Assembly (NCBI GenBank): GCA_963785725.1
Contig: CAWAWS010000006.1
Span: 96,001 to 160,000, forward strand
Reading direction: 5' to 3'
From: an uncultured delta proteobacterium
GTDB taxonomy: Bacteria > Myxococcota_A > Polyangia > Palsa-1104
Length of the DNA: 64,000 nucleotides
In this document: positions 1 through 9,383 of the stretch, piece by piece
Position numbering within the stretch: position 1 is the first letter of the stretch
How the letters are laid out: every line of letters begins with the position of its first letter
Program-made: the position numbers and the translations under genes
Notes under the pieces: model-generated
Databases searched by the model: none
Seen by the model: only the letters and a program-made list of their open reading frames with translations
Told to the model about the DNA's origin: nothing

Positions 1-1551
1 CTCGCCGCCGCCGGCTTCGTCGACGGCGACGCCGACAGCTTACGCGGCCTGCATCGCATTCGTCGCATCGGCGCGCGGCTCTATGTCCTCGAGCTCGGCG
101 ACGGCCCCGAATACGTGCAGGACGTGTGGCCCGAGACCGACGCGCTGCTGGCGCTGCTCGACGGCGCGCTGCCCGGCCGGCTGGCCGACGTCGGCACCGG
201 CTCGGGCGTCATCGCCATCGAAGCGGCGGCGCGCGGTCACGACGTCGTGGCGACCGACCTGTTCGACTCGGCGCTGGCGCTGGCGCGCTTCAATGCCGCC
301 CTCAACGGCGTCGCGCTCGCGCTCCATCGCGGCCATCTGTTCGCGCCGCTCGCCGATCGTCAGTTCGATCTCGTGCTGACGGCGCCGCACTACGGTCACG
401 AGTTCGACCAGCTGCGGCTCGAGGTCCTGCGCGACGGACCGGCGCACGTCGCGCCCGGCGGCACGCTGGCGTTGGCGACGGCGCTCGAGTGGGAGAACGA
501 CGGCCCGCTGGCGATCGCGCCGATTTTGCGGCGATTGAGCGGCTTTTCGGCGCGCGTCACGCCCATCGACAGCGACAACAAGCGCCACTGGTTCGCGCGC
601 GCCGTCGGCGATGTGGCGCGTGTGCCGTCGCGGGCGCGCTTCGTCGTGACGTTGGCGCGCGAGCGCGAGCCGCGGCCGCTGACGGTGCAGCTGCCGCGCG
701 ACATGCCGAGCACGACGATCGACCGTCCGCATGTCGCGCTGGCGCGGCTGCAGACGCGGCCGTTCGCCAAAGCCGCCGCCTGGGTCGTGTCGACCGCCGA
801 CGACGTGGCCGCGCTGACGTCGCTGCTCGCGCAATTGGCCGCGCCCGAGCTGACGCTCGATGTGCCGTTGCCGGCGCTGCTCTACGATGCCTGCCGCTAT
901 GGCGCGCGCCCGTGCGTGGCGCCGCGCGGGCAAGCCGCGGGCGCGATCCTCGACGGCGACGGCGGCGTGCGACCGTGCGCGCACGGCGAGCCGCTGGCGC
1001 GCGCCGAGGATTCGCTGGCCGCGCTCGTCGACCGACAGCGCGCCGCCGCCGTGGCCGCCGCCGCGCGCCGCGACTGCGCCGGCTGCAGCGCGCGTGACGT
1101 CTGCAGCCGCTGCCTCTTTCCCGCCGGCTTCGTCGACGATCGCGCCTATTGCGACTTCATTCGAGCCCAGCGCAACGGCTTGCCGCGTCTGCGCCGCCTC
1201 GTCGAGACCTTGGCGCGGCTCGATCGCGCCGGCATCGCGGCGCCGCTGACGATTCGGCGCTGGCCACGCCGCGCCTGGTCGGCGCCGGAGGCCGCCGGCG
1301 CGCTCGCAGACGATGTGGCCAGCGCGTGGAATCAGTCGGAATGCTGGCTCCTGACGCATGCTGGTGGTCATCACTTGTCGTGGCTGCGCGCGGATGAATT
1401 GTGGGATACGGCCATCGACGACGACGCCGCACGCGTCGGTGCCGCCGTCGCCGACGACACGCTGACGACCCATGACGACGCCCCCAACGCGCTGCCCCGC
1501 GCGACCATCGATCGGGCCTTGCGACGACTGGCGGCACTGCTGCTCGTCTAA
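1..1551 (+). CDS. 5'-truncated class I SAM-dependent methyltransferase (PrmC/HemK-like) fused to a C-terminal SPASM-like Cys-rich domain
   Basis: Frame is open from base 1 (LAAAGFVDG...PEYVQDVWPETD). SAM motif DVGTGSG; FDLVLTAPHY at the NPPY position. C-terminal DGDGGVRPC...CAGCSARDVCSRC...YC. Confidence 0.75.
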   Translation, partial: LAAAGFVDGDADSLRGLHRIRRIGARLYVLELGDGPEYVQDVWPETDALLALLDGALPGRLADVGTGSGVIAIEAAARGHDVVATDLFDSALALARFNAALNGVALALHRGHLFAPLADRQFDLVLTAPHYGHEFDQLRLEVLRDGPAHVAPGGTLALATALEWENDGPLAIAPILRRLSGFSARVTPIDSDNKRHWFARAVGDVARVPSRARFVVTLAREREPRPLTVQLPRDMPSTTIDRPHVALARLQTRPFAKAAAWVVSTADDVAALTSLLAQLAAPELTLDVPLPALLYDACRYGARPCVAPRGQAAGAILDGDGGVRPCAHGEPLARAEDSLAALVDRQRAAAVAAAARRDCAGCSARDVCSRCLFPAGFVDDRAYCDFIRAQRNGLPRLRRLVETLARLDRAGIAAPLTIRRWPRRAWSAPEAAGALADDVASAWNQSECWLLTHAGGHHLSWLRADELWDTAIDDDAARVGAAVADDTLTTHDDAPNALPRATIDRALRRLAALLLV

Positions 1552-1704
1552 TCCGCTATCCAGACGTAGCCGGACATGGCACGCGTAGATTCTGCTCTGC
1601 AATCATTTGCCTGCGACGAAATGCCGCATCTGCGCGTGACTCCGATACTTGTTAGGCCGTTTGCTTTGCTGATACTGTCGATTGGCGGGAGGTGGATTTT
1701 TAGC

Positions 1705-2295
1705 GTGCTGGACATGGTGGACGTCTCGCTGATCAGGGGCGCCGCGGATGGCGACAGAGACTGCCTCGCCGGGCTCTACGATCGCTATTCGCCCGCACTC
1801 TTGGCGATCGGTCGGCGCATTCTCGGCGATCGCCGCGAGGCTGAAGATCTGCTGCACGACGTCTTCCTCGAGGTCTGGCGGCAGGCGAGCGATTACGACG
1901 AGACGCGGGGCTCGGTGCGTGCCTGGCTCCTCATGCGCATGCGCAGCCGCGCGCTCGATCGTCGCAAGGCGGCCGTCTTCTCGCGCCGCGCCGATCTGCC
2001 GCCGGGCGACAGCGTGGCCGAGCCGCCGTCGAGCGAAGATCCGGCGCTGGGTGCCGATCGCGACGCCGTTCGTCGCGCGCTGGCGTCGCTGCCCAGCGAC
2101 CAGCGCCTCGTGCTCGAATTGGGCTACTTCGAAGGGCTGTCGTCGTCGGAGATCGCCGAGCGGGTCAGCGCGCCCATCGGCACGGTCAAGTCGCGGGTCG
2201 CGGCGGCGCTGTCGAAGCTGCGCGCGGGCATCGTCGGCGAGCCGCCACGTGCGCTCGCCGAGAAGGGCAGCGGTGCCGTGAGGGCACGGGAATGA
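1705..2295 (+). CDS. ECF sigma-70 factor
   Basis: LYDRY...AEDLLHDVFLEVWR (region 2) and YFEGLSSSEIA...PIGTVKSRV (region 4). GGAGG at 1688-1692 favours GTG 1705; ATG 1714 is the alternative. Confidence 0.92.
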   Translation: MLDMVDVSLIRGAADGDRDCLAGLYDRYSPALLAIGRRILGDRREAEDLLHDVFLEVWRQASDYDETRGSVRAWLLMRMRSRALDRRKAAVFSRRADLPPGDSVAEPPSSEDPALGADRDAVRRALASLPSDQRLVLELGYFEGLSSSEIAERVSAPIGTVKSRVAAALSKLRAGIVGEPPRALAEKGSGAVRARE

Positions 2296-3023
2296 CGGGG
2301 CATATCGACGCCCAACTCGCGGAGCTGCTGTTCGGAGATGTCAGCGCTGAGGACCGCCGGACGCTCGAGAAGCATGCGGCCGAATGTGCGCGCTGCGGAC
2401 AGGCGCTCACCGACGCGCTCGAAGACTTCAGCGCGCTCGCGTTGGCGCTCGATCCCGAGCCACCGCCGCCGGGCTTGCGCGCGCGAATTCTGGCGGCGGC
2501 CAAGCCACGGCCGCGCCAGCTCCTGCTCGACAAAGTGGCGCAGATCTTCGACCTGACGCGCGACAAGGCGCGGGCGCTCTTGGCCAAGCTCGACGATCCC
2601 GAGGCGTGGCAAGGCGGACCGGTCGAGCAGTCGTGGATGATGTTCGTCGACGAGGCGGGCCCGCTGCTCGACGGCGCCTTCTGCTCATTCGTGAAGCTCG
2701 ACCCCGACGTGCGCTGGCCGCCGCATCGCCACCTCGGCCAAGAGCAGATGCTGGTGCTCGAAGGCGGCTTTCGCGAGGACGACGGTCACGAAGTCCATCC
2801 GGGCGAGCTGCGCGTCATGGCGGCGGGCACCGAGCACGGCTTCACGAGCTTCGTCCACGAGGGCTGCCTGAGCGCGGCGATCGTCTACGGCGGCGTCGAG
2901 TTCCTGCAGCTCATCGACGCCGACGAGGCGCCGGCGCCGGGCGGCGCGACCAGCGAAAACGTGTCCGATGTCTCATCCGACGCGTCGGCCGATGCCGCGA
3001 TCGATGACGCCGCCAAACGGTGA
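2292..3023 (+). CDS. anti-sigma factor with zinc finger (HxxxCxxC) and ChrR-like cupin domain
   Basis: HAAECARC near the N-terminus; PPHRHLGQEQMLVLEGGF cupin motif; ATGA overlap with the ECF gene. Confidence 0.85.
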   Translation: MTGHIDAQLAELLFGDVSAEDRRTLEKHAAECARCGQALTDALEDFSALALALDPEPPPPGLRARILAAAKPRPRQLLLDKVAQIFDLTRDKARALLAKLDDPEAWQGGPVEQSWMMFVDEAGPLLDGAFCSFVKLDPDVRWPPHRHLGQEQMLVLEGGFREDDGHEVHPGELRVMAAGTEHGFTSFVHEGCLSAAIVYGGVEFLQLIDADEAPAPGGATSENVSDVSSDASADAAIDDAAKR

Positions 3024-3035
3024 TATCATCCGCGC

Positions 3036-4766
3036 GTGATCGAGGTTGGCGCGACGGTTGGTAACTATCGGGTTCTGCAAAAGATCGGCGCCGGCGCCAT
3101 GGGCAACGTCTTTCTCGCCGAGCATCCCGTCATCGGCAAGCGCGTCGCGCTCAAGGTCATTCATCCCGAGCTGGCGTCGAACGAGGAGATGATCGCGCGC
3201 TTCTTCAACGAGGCCCGCGCGGTCACGCAGATCGGCCACGAGAACATCGTCGACGTGCAGGATTTCGGGCAGACGCCCGACGGCGACAGCTTCATCGTCA
3301 TGGAGCTGCTCGAAGGCTCCAGCCTCGGCGACAAGCTGAAAGCGGAAGGCACGCTGTCGATTCCGCGCGCCGTGCACGTGGCGATTCAGCTGGCCGACGG
3401 GCTGTCGGCGGCGCACGCGCGCGGCATCATTCATCGCGATCTCAAGCCCGACAACATCTTCCTCATTCAGCGCGGCGGCGATCCCGACTTCGTCAAGCTG
3501 CTCGACTTCGGCTTGGCGAAGCTGACCGGGCCGTCGCAGGCGATGAATCACCAGACCAAGACCGGCTCGCTCTTGGGAACGCCGCACTACATGGCGCCCG
3601 AGCAGGCCGAGAACATCAAGAAGGTCGACAATCGCGCCGACGTCTATTCGCTCGGCTGCATTCTGTTTCAGGTTCTGACGGGGCGGGTGCCGTTCCCGGG
3701 CGAAGGTTTCGGCGAGGTGCTCGTGCGCCACGTGCGCGAGCCGCCGCCCTTGCCGTCGCGGCTGAATCCGCAGGTGCCGCCGGCGCTGGAGAAGATCGTC
3801 CTGCACGCGCTGGCGAAGAAGCCGGAGTTTCGCTTCGCGTCGATGGACGAGTTCCGCGCGGCGCTGCGCGACCCGGAGCGCTTTGCGCAGTCGCTCGACG
3901 GCCAAGGCGGGATTCACATGACGCCCGATCAGCCGATGGCGGCCGTCGCGCCGCCGCCGGCGTTGGGCGGCAACTTTGCCGTCGGGGCGCCGCCGCCGGT
4001 GGGAAATTACGGGCCGCCGTCGACCGGTGTGCCGGGCGTGCCGGGGCCGCGCGTCAGCCACGAGGCCAAGACGATGCTGGCGCAGCCGGCGCCCGATTTG
4101 GCGGCGATTCAGAAGGCGGCGGCGGCGCAAAATGGCGCGGCGGCGGCGCAGCGACGGCCCGATCCGCAGCGCATCGTGCAGCCGAAGCCGGAGAAGTCGA
4201 CGGTGGCGCAGCCGATTCGCCCGCGCGCGCAGAAGTCGTCGCGCATGGGCTTGGCGGTGGCCGTCGGGCTCGCCATCGTCGCCGCCGGCGGCATCACCGG
4301 CTATGTGCTGCTCGGTCGCGGCGGCAAGGTCGCGGTCACGATCGTGACGACGCCGTCAGGCGCCGCCGTGCTCGACGGCGAGACGGCGCTCGGCGAGACC
4401 CCGCTCGTGGCGTCGCTCGAACGGAGCAGCGAGCCGCATATCTTGACGTTCAAGAAGGACGGATTCTTGAGCGCGCAGCGAAAAGTGACGCCGCAGGCGA
4501 ACACCAAGCTCGACGTCAAGCTGCTGGCCAAGCCGGCGCCCGAAGCCGACGACGCGCCGGCCGAGGTCGCGCCGGCGCCGACGCCGGTCACGCCGGTCGC
4601 CAAAGCGGCGCCGCCGGTCGCCAAAGCCGCGCCGCCGGTCGCGAAAAGCGCGCCCAAAACGGCGGTGGCCGACGACGCGACGGCGGAGAAAGCGGCGCCC
4701 AAGAAGCATCACACGCCGCCCAAGCTGCGTAAGGAAGACACGCTGATTCTCACGCCCAGCTTCTGA
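3036..4766 (+). CDS. Ser/Thr protein kinase with TM helix and PEGA-like C-terminal domain
   Basis: GAGAMG, VALK, HRDLKPDN, DFG and GTPHYMAPE motifs; TM LAVAVGLAIVAAGGITGYVLL; TTPSGAAVLDG..LGETP PEGA-like motif. Confidence 0.95.
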   Translation: MIEVGATVGNYRVLQKIGAGAMGNVFLAEHPVIGKRVALKVIHPELASNEEMIARFFNEARAVTQIGHENIVDVQDFGQTPDGDSFIVMELLEGSSLGDKLKAEGTLSIPRAVHVAIQLADGLSAAHARGIIHRDLKPDNIFLIQRGGDPDFVKLLDFGLAKLTGPSQAMNHQTKTGSLLGTPHYMAPEQAENIKKVDNRADVYSLGCILFQVLTGRVPFPGEGFGEVLVRHVREPPPLPSRLNPQVPPALEKIVLHALAKKPEFRFASMDEFRAALRDPERFAQSLDGQGGIHMTPDQPMAAVAPPPALGGNFAVGAPPPVGNYGPPSTGVPGVPGPRVSHEAKTMLAQPAPDLAAIQKAAAAQNGAAAAQRRPDPQRIVQPKPEKSTVAQPIRPRAQKSSRMGLAVAVGLAIVAAGGITGYVLLGRGGKVAVTIVTTPSGAAVLDGETALGETPLVASLERSSEPHILTFKKDGFLSAQRKVTPQANTKLDVKLLAKPAPEADDAPAEVAPAPTPVTPVAKAAPPVAKAAPPVAKSAPKTAVADDATAEKAAPKKHHTPPKLRKEDTLILTPSF

Positions 4767-4805
4767 TCCTGTGTCAAAGTACGCGCCGTGTCGATGGCCG
4801 TACCC

Positions 4806-7800
4806 ATGCAAAATCAGCTCGAATTAGGCATCCCTGGGTTCACTTACGCGGACCTGTATTCACCGCCGCGGCTGCGCGCGCTGTTCGAGCGCTGGCACGA
4901 AGGGCTGCACGCGACGAGCCCGGCGTTGGCCGCGCGCTACGACGCGCTGCGCGCCACGCAGGGCGACAACCTGACGCCGGTCGAGCTGTCGGAGCTGCTC
5001 GTCGAGCTGGCGCCGTCGGTGTCGCGCTTTGTCGTGCGGCTGTTCGGACCCGACGTCGAAGTCGCCTGGAACGAGCAGCGGGCGCGGGCCGAGTCCGAGC
5101 TGCAGGTCATGCGGTTCAAGGACGAGTTCGTCAAGCGCCGCGCGCTCAAGCGCAAAGCCGACGACTGTTCGCGCAGCGACGGCGACCGCGTCCTGCACGC
5201 GCTCGGCGTCGTCGGCGAGCGCGCGGACGACGAGCGCCACGTGGCGCTGGCGGTCCTGTCGCTGCTCGATCGCGAAGCGGAGCTGAAGAAGCGGCCCGTC
5301 GACGATCCCGAGCTGCTGGCGGTGCGCAACGATCTGACGGCGCTCGAGCAGTGGGTCGTGTCGCGCAAGCCCGAGCTCGGCAAGAAGTGGCTGTCGTTCA
5401 AGTTCGCGCCGCCGACGCCAGACGCGCTCAACCTCGTCGAGCTGCGCCGTCCGTCGCAGGAGTTGCGCGAGATGATCGTCGGGCCGAGCGAGCATCGCCG
5501 CGCCCGCGACGGCTTTCGGCTGACCGATCGGCGCATGACGCCGTCGCAAGTGCTGGCCGAGGTCGACTACTGCCTCTATTGCCACGATCGCGACAAAGAC
5601 TCGTGCTCGAAGGGCCTCAAAGACGCGAAGACCGGCGCCATCAAGCCCAACGCGCTCGGCATCGAGCTCAACGGCTGCCCGCTCGACGAGAAGATCTCGG
5701 AGATGCACATGCTGCGTCGTCAAGGCGACTCGGTGGGCGCGCTGGCGCTCGTGTGCATCGACAATCCGATGTGCCCCGGCACCGGCCACCGCATCTGCAA
5801 TGACTGCATGAAGGCGTGCATCTACCAGAAGCAAAAGCCGGTCGACATTCCGCAGATCGAGACCGGCATGCTGACGGACGTGCTGTCGCTGCCGTATGGC
5901 CTGGAGATTTACGGCCTGTTGACGCGCTGGAATCCGCTCGACGTCGCGCGGCCCTATGCGCTGCCCTATCGCGGCCAGGACGTGCTCGTCGTCGGGCTCG
6001 GGCCGGCCGGCTATACGCTCGCGCATCACCTGTTGAACGAAGGCTTCGGCGTCGTCGGCATCGATGGGCTGAAGCTCGAGCCGCTGCCGGTCGAGCTCGT
6101 CGGCGATTGGGAGCGCGGCCTGTTGCCGAAGCCGGTGCGCTCGTTCCAGTACGAAGAGCTCGACGAGCGCGTGCTCCTCGGCTTCGGCGGCGTGTCGGAG
6201 TACGGAATTACCGTCCGCTGGGACAAGAACTTCTTGGGCCTCATTTACGCGACGCTGCTGCGGCGCGACAAGTTCCGCGCTTACGGCGGCACGCGACTCG
6301 GCGGCACGCTGACGCTCGACGACGCCTGGCGGCTCGGCTTCGCGCACGTCGCCATCGCCGTCGGCGCCGGCAAGCCGACCATCATCGACATCGAGAACAA
6401 CCTCATTCGCGGCGTGCGCAAGGCGTCCGATTTCCTGATGGCGCTGCAGCTCACCGGCGCCTACAAGCGTTCGTCATTGGCGAATTTGCAGGTGCGCTTG
6501 CCGGCGATCGTCATCGGCGGTGGCTTGACCGGCATCGACACGGCGACCGAGCTGCTCGCCTATTACGTCGTGCAGGTCGAGAAGGTGCGCGAGCGTTACG
6601 ACGCGCTCGTGACGGCGTTCGGCGAGACGCGCGTGCGCTCCTCGTTCGACGGCGAAGAGATCGAGACGCTCGACGAGTTCGTGGCCCACGGTCGCGCCAT
6701 CGCCGCCGAGCGCGAGCAGGCCGCGGCCGCGTCGCGCGCGCCCAATTTCCAGCCGCTGCTCGACAAATGGGGCGGCGTGTCGCTCTGCTATCGCAAGAAG
6801 CTGACCGACTCGCCCGCTTATCGCCTCAACCACGAAGAGGTCGAAAAGTGTCTGGAAGAGGGGGTGCGCTTCATCGAAGGCTTGTCGCCGCTGGCGGCAA
6901 TTCCCGACGAGCGCGGCGCCGTGCGCGCCATGCGGTTCAAGAGCGCGGCCGGCGTGACGCTGGAGCTGCCGGCGCGCACCGTGTGCGTGGCCGCGGGAAC
7001 GTCGCCCAACACGATCTACGAGAAAGAGTTTCCCGGTACGTTTCAAATCGATCAGCGCGGGTTCTTCTCGCCGCATAAAGCGGTGCGCGACGGCGACCAA
7101 GTCGAGCTCGTCGCCGATCCCAACGGCTTTTTCACGTCGTATCTGCAAGACGGTCATACCGTCAGCTATTACGGCGACAATCATCCGCGTTATGCCGGCA
7201 GCGTCGTCAAAGCGATGGCGTCGGCCAAGCATGGCTACCGCTACGTGGCCGCGCTGTTCGGCGAAGCGCCCATCGCGACGGCGGCCGAGCAGGCGACGCG
7301 CGAGACGCACTGGAAGCAGCTCGCCGGCGCGCTCGACGACGGCATCCGCGCCACGGTCGTCGCCGTGAACCGGCTGACGCCGACGATCATCGAGGTCGTC
7401 GTGCGCGCGCCGTTCGCCGCCAGCCGCTTCAACCCCGGGCAGTTCTACCGCTTGCAGAACTTCGAGGCCAACAGCCCGCTCGTCGAAGGCACGCGCTTGG
7501 CGATGGAGGGCCTGGCGCTCACCGGCGCCTGGACCGATCCCGAGCGCGGCCTTCTGTCGCTCATCGTGCTCGAGATGGGCTCGTCGTCGCGGCTGTGCGC
7601 GGCGTTGAAGGTCGGCGAGCCCGTCGTCATCATGGGACCGACCGGCACGCCGACCGAGATTCCGACGGGCGAGACGGTCGTGCTCGCCGGCGGCGGCCTC
7701 GGCAACGCCGTCCTCTTCTCGATCGGAAAAGCGTTACGCGCCGCCGGCTGCCGCGTCGTCTATTTCGCCGCCTATCGCAGCCCGAGCGACGTCTTCAAAA

Positions 7801-8318
7801 TGGACGACATCGAAGCCGCCGGCGACGTCATCGTCTGGTCGACCGACTCGGCGCCGTCGGTGACGCCGCGGCGGCCGCAGGATCGCGCCTTCGTCGGCAA
7901 CGTCGTGCAAGCGATGATCGCCTACGCCGACGATCAGCTCGGCGGTCAGCCGGTGCCGTTCGGCGACGGCCAGCGCATCATCGCCATCGGCTCCGACCGC
8001 ATGATGCGCGCGGTCAAGGAGGCGCGTTACGGCGCGCTCGCCGGTCGTCTGCAGCCGGACCATCACGCCGTCGCCAGCATCAACTCGCCGATGCAGTGCA
8101 TGATGAAAGAGGTGTGCGCGCAGTGCTTGCAGAAGCACGTCGATCCGCGCACCGGCAAAGAGACGATCGTGTTCAGCTGCTTCAATCAGGATCAGCCGAT
8201 GGATCACGTCGACTTCACCAACCTGGCGCAGCGACTGCGGGCGAACACGGTGCAGGAGAAGCTGACGAACTTGTGGCTCGACAAGCTGCTCGCGCACGGC
8301 GATCTGCCGCGCATCTGA
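4806..8318 (+). CDS. large Fe-S flavoprotein: GltD/NfnB-like domain fused to PyrK/NfnA-like FNR domain
   Basis: CLYCH..C..GCPL..C..C Fe-S region; VVGLGPAG and IGGGLTGID dinucleotide motifs; PGQFYRL, GPTG, GGGLG; C-terminal SPMQCMMKEVCAQC..C. Alternative start GTG 4788. Confidence 0.85.
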   Translation: MQNQLELGIPGFTYADLYSPPRLRALFERWHEGLHATSPALAARYDALRATQGDNLTPVELSELLVELAPSVSRFVVRLFGPDVEVAWNEQRARAESELQVMRFKDEFVKRRALKRKADDCSRSDGDRVLHALGVVGERADDERHVALAVLSLLDREAELKKRPVDDPELLAVRNDLTALEQWVVSRKPELGKKWLSFKFAPPTPDALNLVELRRPSQELREMIVGPSEHRRARDGFRLTDRRMTPSQVLAEVDYCLYCHDRDKDSCSKGLKDAKTGAIKPNALGIELNGCPLDEKISEMHMLRRQGDSVGALALVCIDNPMCPGTGHRICNDCMKACIYQKQKPVDIPQIETGMLTDVLSLPYGLEIYGLLTRWNPLDVARPYALPYRGQDVLVVGLGPAGYTLAHHLLNEGFGVVGIDGLKLEPLPVELVGDWERGLLPKPVRSFQYEELDERVLLGFGGVSEYGITVRWDKNFLGLIYATLLRRDKFRAYGGTRLGGTLTLDDAWRLGFAHVAIAVGAGKPTIIDIENNLIRGVRKASDFLMALQLTGAYKRSSLANLQVRLPAIVIGGGLTGIDTATELLAYYVVQVEKVRERYDALVTAFGETRVRSSFDGEEIETLDEFVAHGRAIAAEREQAAAASRAPNFQPLLDKWGGVSLCYRKKLTDSPAYRLNHEEVEKCLEEGVRFIEGLSPLAAIPDERGAVRAMRFKSAAGVTLELPARTVCVAAGTSPNTIYEKEFPGTFQIDQRGFFSPHKAVRDGDQVELVADPNGFFTSYLQDGHTVSYYGDNHPRYAGSVVKAMASAKHGYRYVAALFGEAPIATAAEQATRETHWKQLAGALDDGIRATVVAVNRLTPTIIEVVVRAPFAASRFNPGQFYRLQNFEANSPLVEGTRLAMEGLALTGAWTDPERGLLSLIVLEMGSSSRLCAALKVGEPVVIMGPTGTPTEIPTGETVVLAGGGLGNAVLFSIGKALRAAGCRVVYFAAYRSPSDVFKMDDIEAAGDVIVWSTDSAPSVTPRRPQDRAFVGNVVQAMIAYADDQLGGQPVPFGDGQRIIAIGSDRMMRAVKEARYGALAGRLQPDHHAVASINSPMQCMMKEVCAQCLQKHVDPRTGKETIVFSCFNQDQPMDHVDFTNLAQRLRANTVQEKLTNLWLDKLLAHGDLPRI

Positions 8319-8331
8319 CGCTCGTATCGCG

Positions 8332-8412
8332 GAGCCGTGGGGGCAGATCGTCTCCGAGGTCCGCGACGGCAACGGCTTCCTCGTCGAGATCTGCTCGCCC
8401 GTCGCGCACTGA
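8332..8412 (+). pseudogene. C-terminal remnant of a VOC/glyoxalase-family gene
   Basis: Translates as EPWGQIVSEVRDGNGFLVEICSPVAH*, matching the PWG...RDxxGxxxE C-terminal VOC pattern. No N-terminal part or start codon is present. Confidence 0.65.
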
Positions 8413-8413
8413 C

Positions 8414-8472
8414 AATGCTGAAGTAACTGCTTCAGTATTAGCCGCGTAATTGCTGAAGTGACTGCTTCAGTG
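8414..8472. repeat. tandem pair of palindromes TGCTGAAG-T(A/G)ACTG-CTTCAGT between convergent genes (possible bidirectional terminator or operator)
   Basis: aatgctgaag-taactg-cttcagtatt (8414-8439) and tgctgaag-tgactg-cttcagtg (8451-8472). Confidence 0.7.
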
Positions 8473-9137
8473 TCTCCGGCAGCCGCTTCGTCGCTTCGCG
8501 GAACGTGAGGCCGCTCATGCGCGCGTGATGCTTGCGCACGAAGCGCGCCACCAGCTCCGGCCGCTTCTTCGACACGTCGCGCAGCACCCAGCCGATGGCC
8601 TTGCGGATGAAGAACTCTTTCTCCTCCAGCATCGGCGCGGCCAGCTCGGCGAAGAGCGCGAAGTCGCCGCCACCGGCGCGCATGACGTCGAGCTGCGCCA
8701 AGAGCGACGTGCGCCGCACCCAGAAGTCGGCGTCGGCGGCCCACTTGCGCAGCAGCGACGACGGATCGGCGGGCAGCGCGGCGGGGAAGATCTTCGTCGC
8801 CAGCCAGTCGACGTGCGCCCAGCAGGCCGACGTGCGAATGAGCCCGATGAGCCAGGTGGCGTCCTTCGGGCTCACGGAGATCGAGGTGGCGCTCGAGGAT
8901 TCCGACGGCCGCCGAGTGCAGGTCGAAGTTGCGCGTGGCGTAGAGCGCGTCGACGGCGCGGCGCAGCTCGGCGTGGGTCGTCAGCGTGGCGGCGAAGTCG
9001 CGGCTGGCGGCGCGCACGATGGCGGCGGTGACGCCGTGAAAGTCGAGCGCGCTCTTCATGTAGGCTTTGCTGGCGATGGCGCCGTCGGCGTCGCCTTCGG
9101 CCGTGAAGCGGCGGGTGAAGAATTCGACGGGGTTCAC
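8438..9137 (-). CDS. DNA alkylation repair protein (AlkD-like HEAT-repeat glycosylase), split by an apparent +1 frameshift near 8876
   Basis: N-part (V)NPVEFF..KAYMKSALDFHGV; C-part WAHVDWLA..W..DFWVRR..EFFIRKAIGWVLR..SGLTFREA. Removing one base at 8875-8877 joins the frames. Confidence 0.8.
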
Positions 9138-9383
9138 GCGCGCATCGTACGACATTGGCCCCCGCCGTCGATCGCGAGGCCCAGCCGACCCATCGCGCAG
9201 CGCACTGCAAACAAGAGGTCGCACTCGTAGCCTTAGAGCCCCGTGGCATTCGGCATCGGCGATAGGGGAGACGTGCCCCGCGGCGCGATGTTTCGCGCGC
9301 GCTACATTCGCGTCATCCGCGGCGATCGCCCGGTTCGACCAGTCGGATCGCGAGTTGCTATGTGCGGTCGCGGAGGTGGGTCG

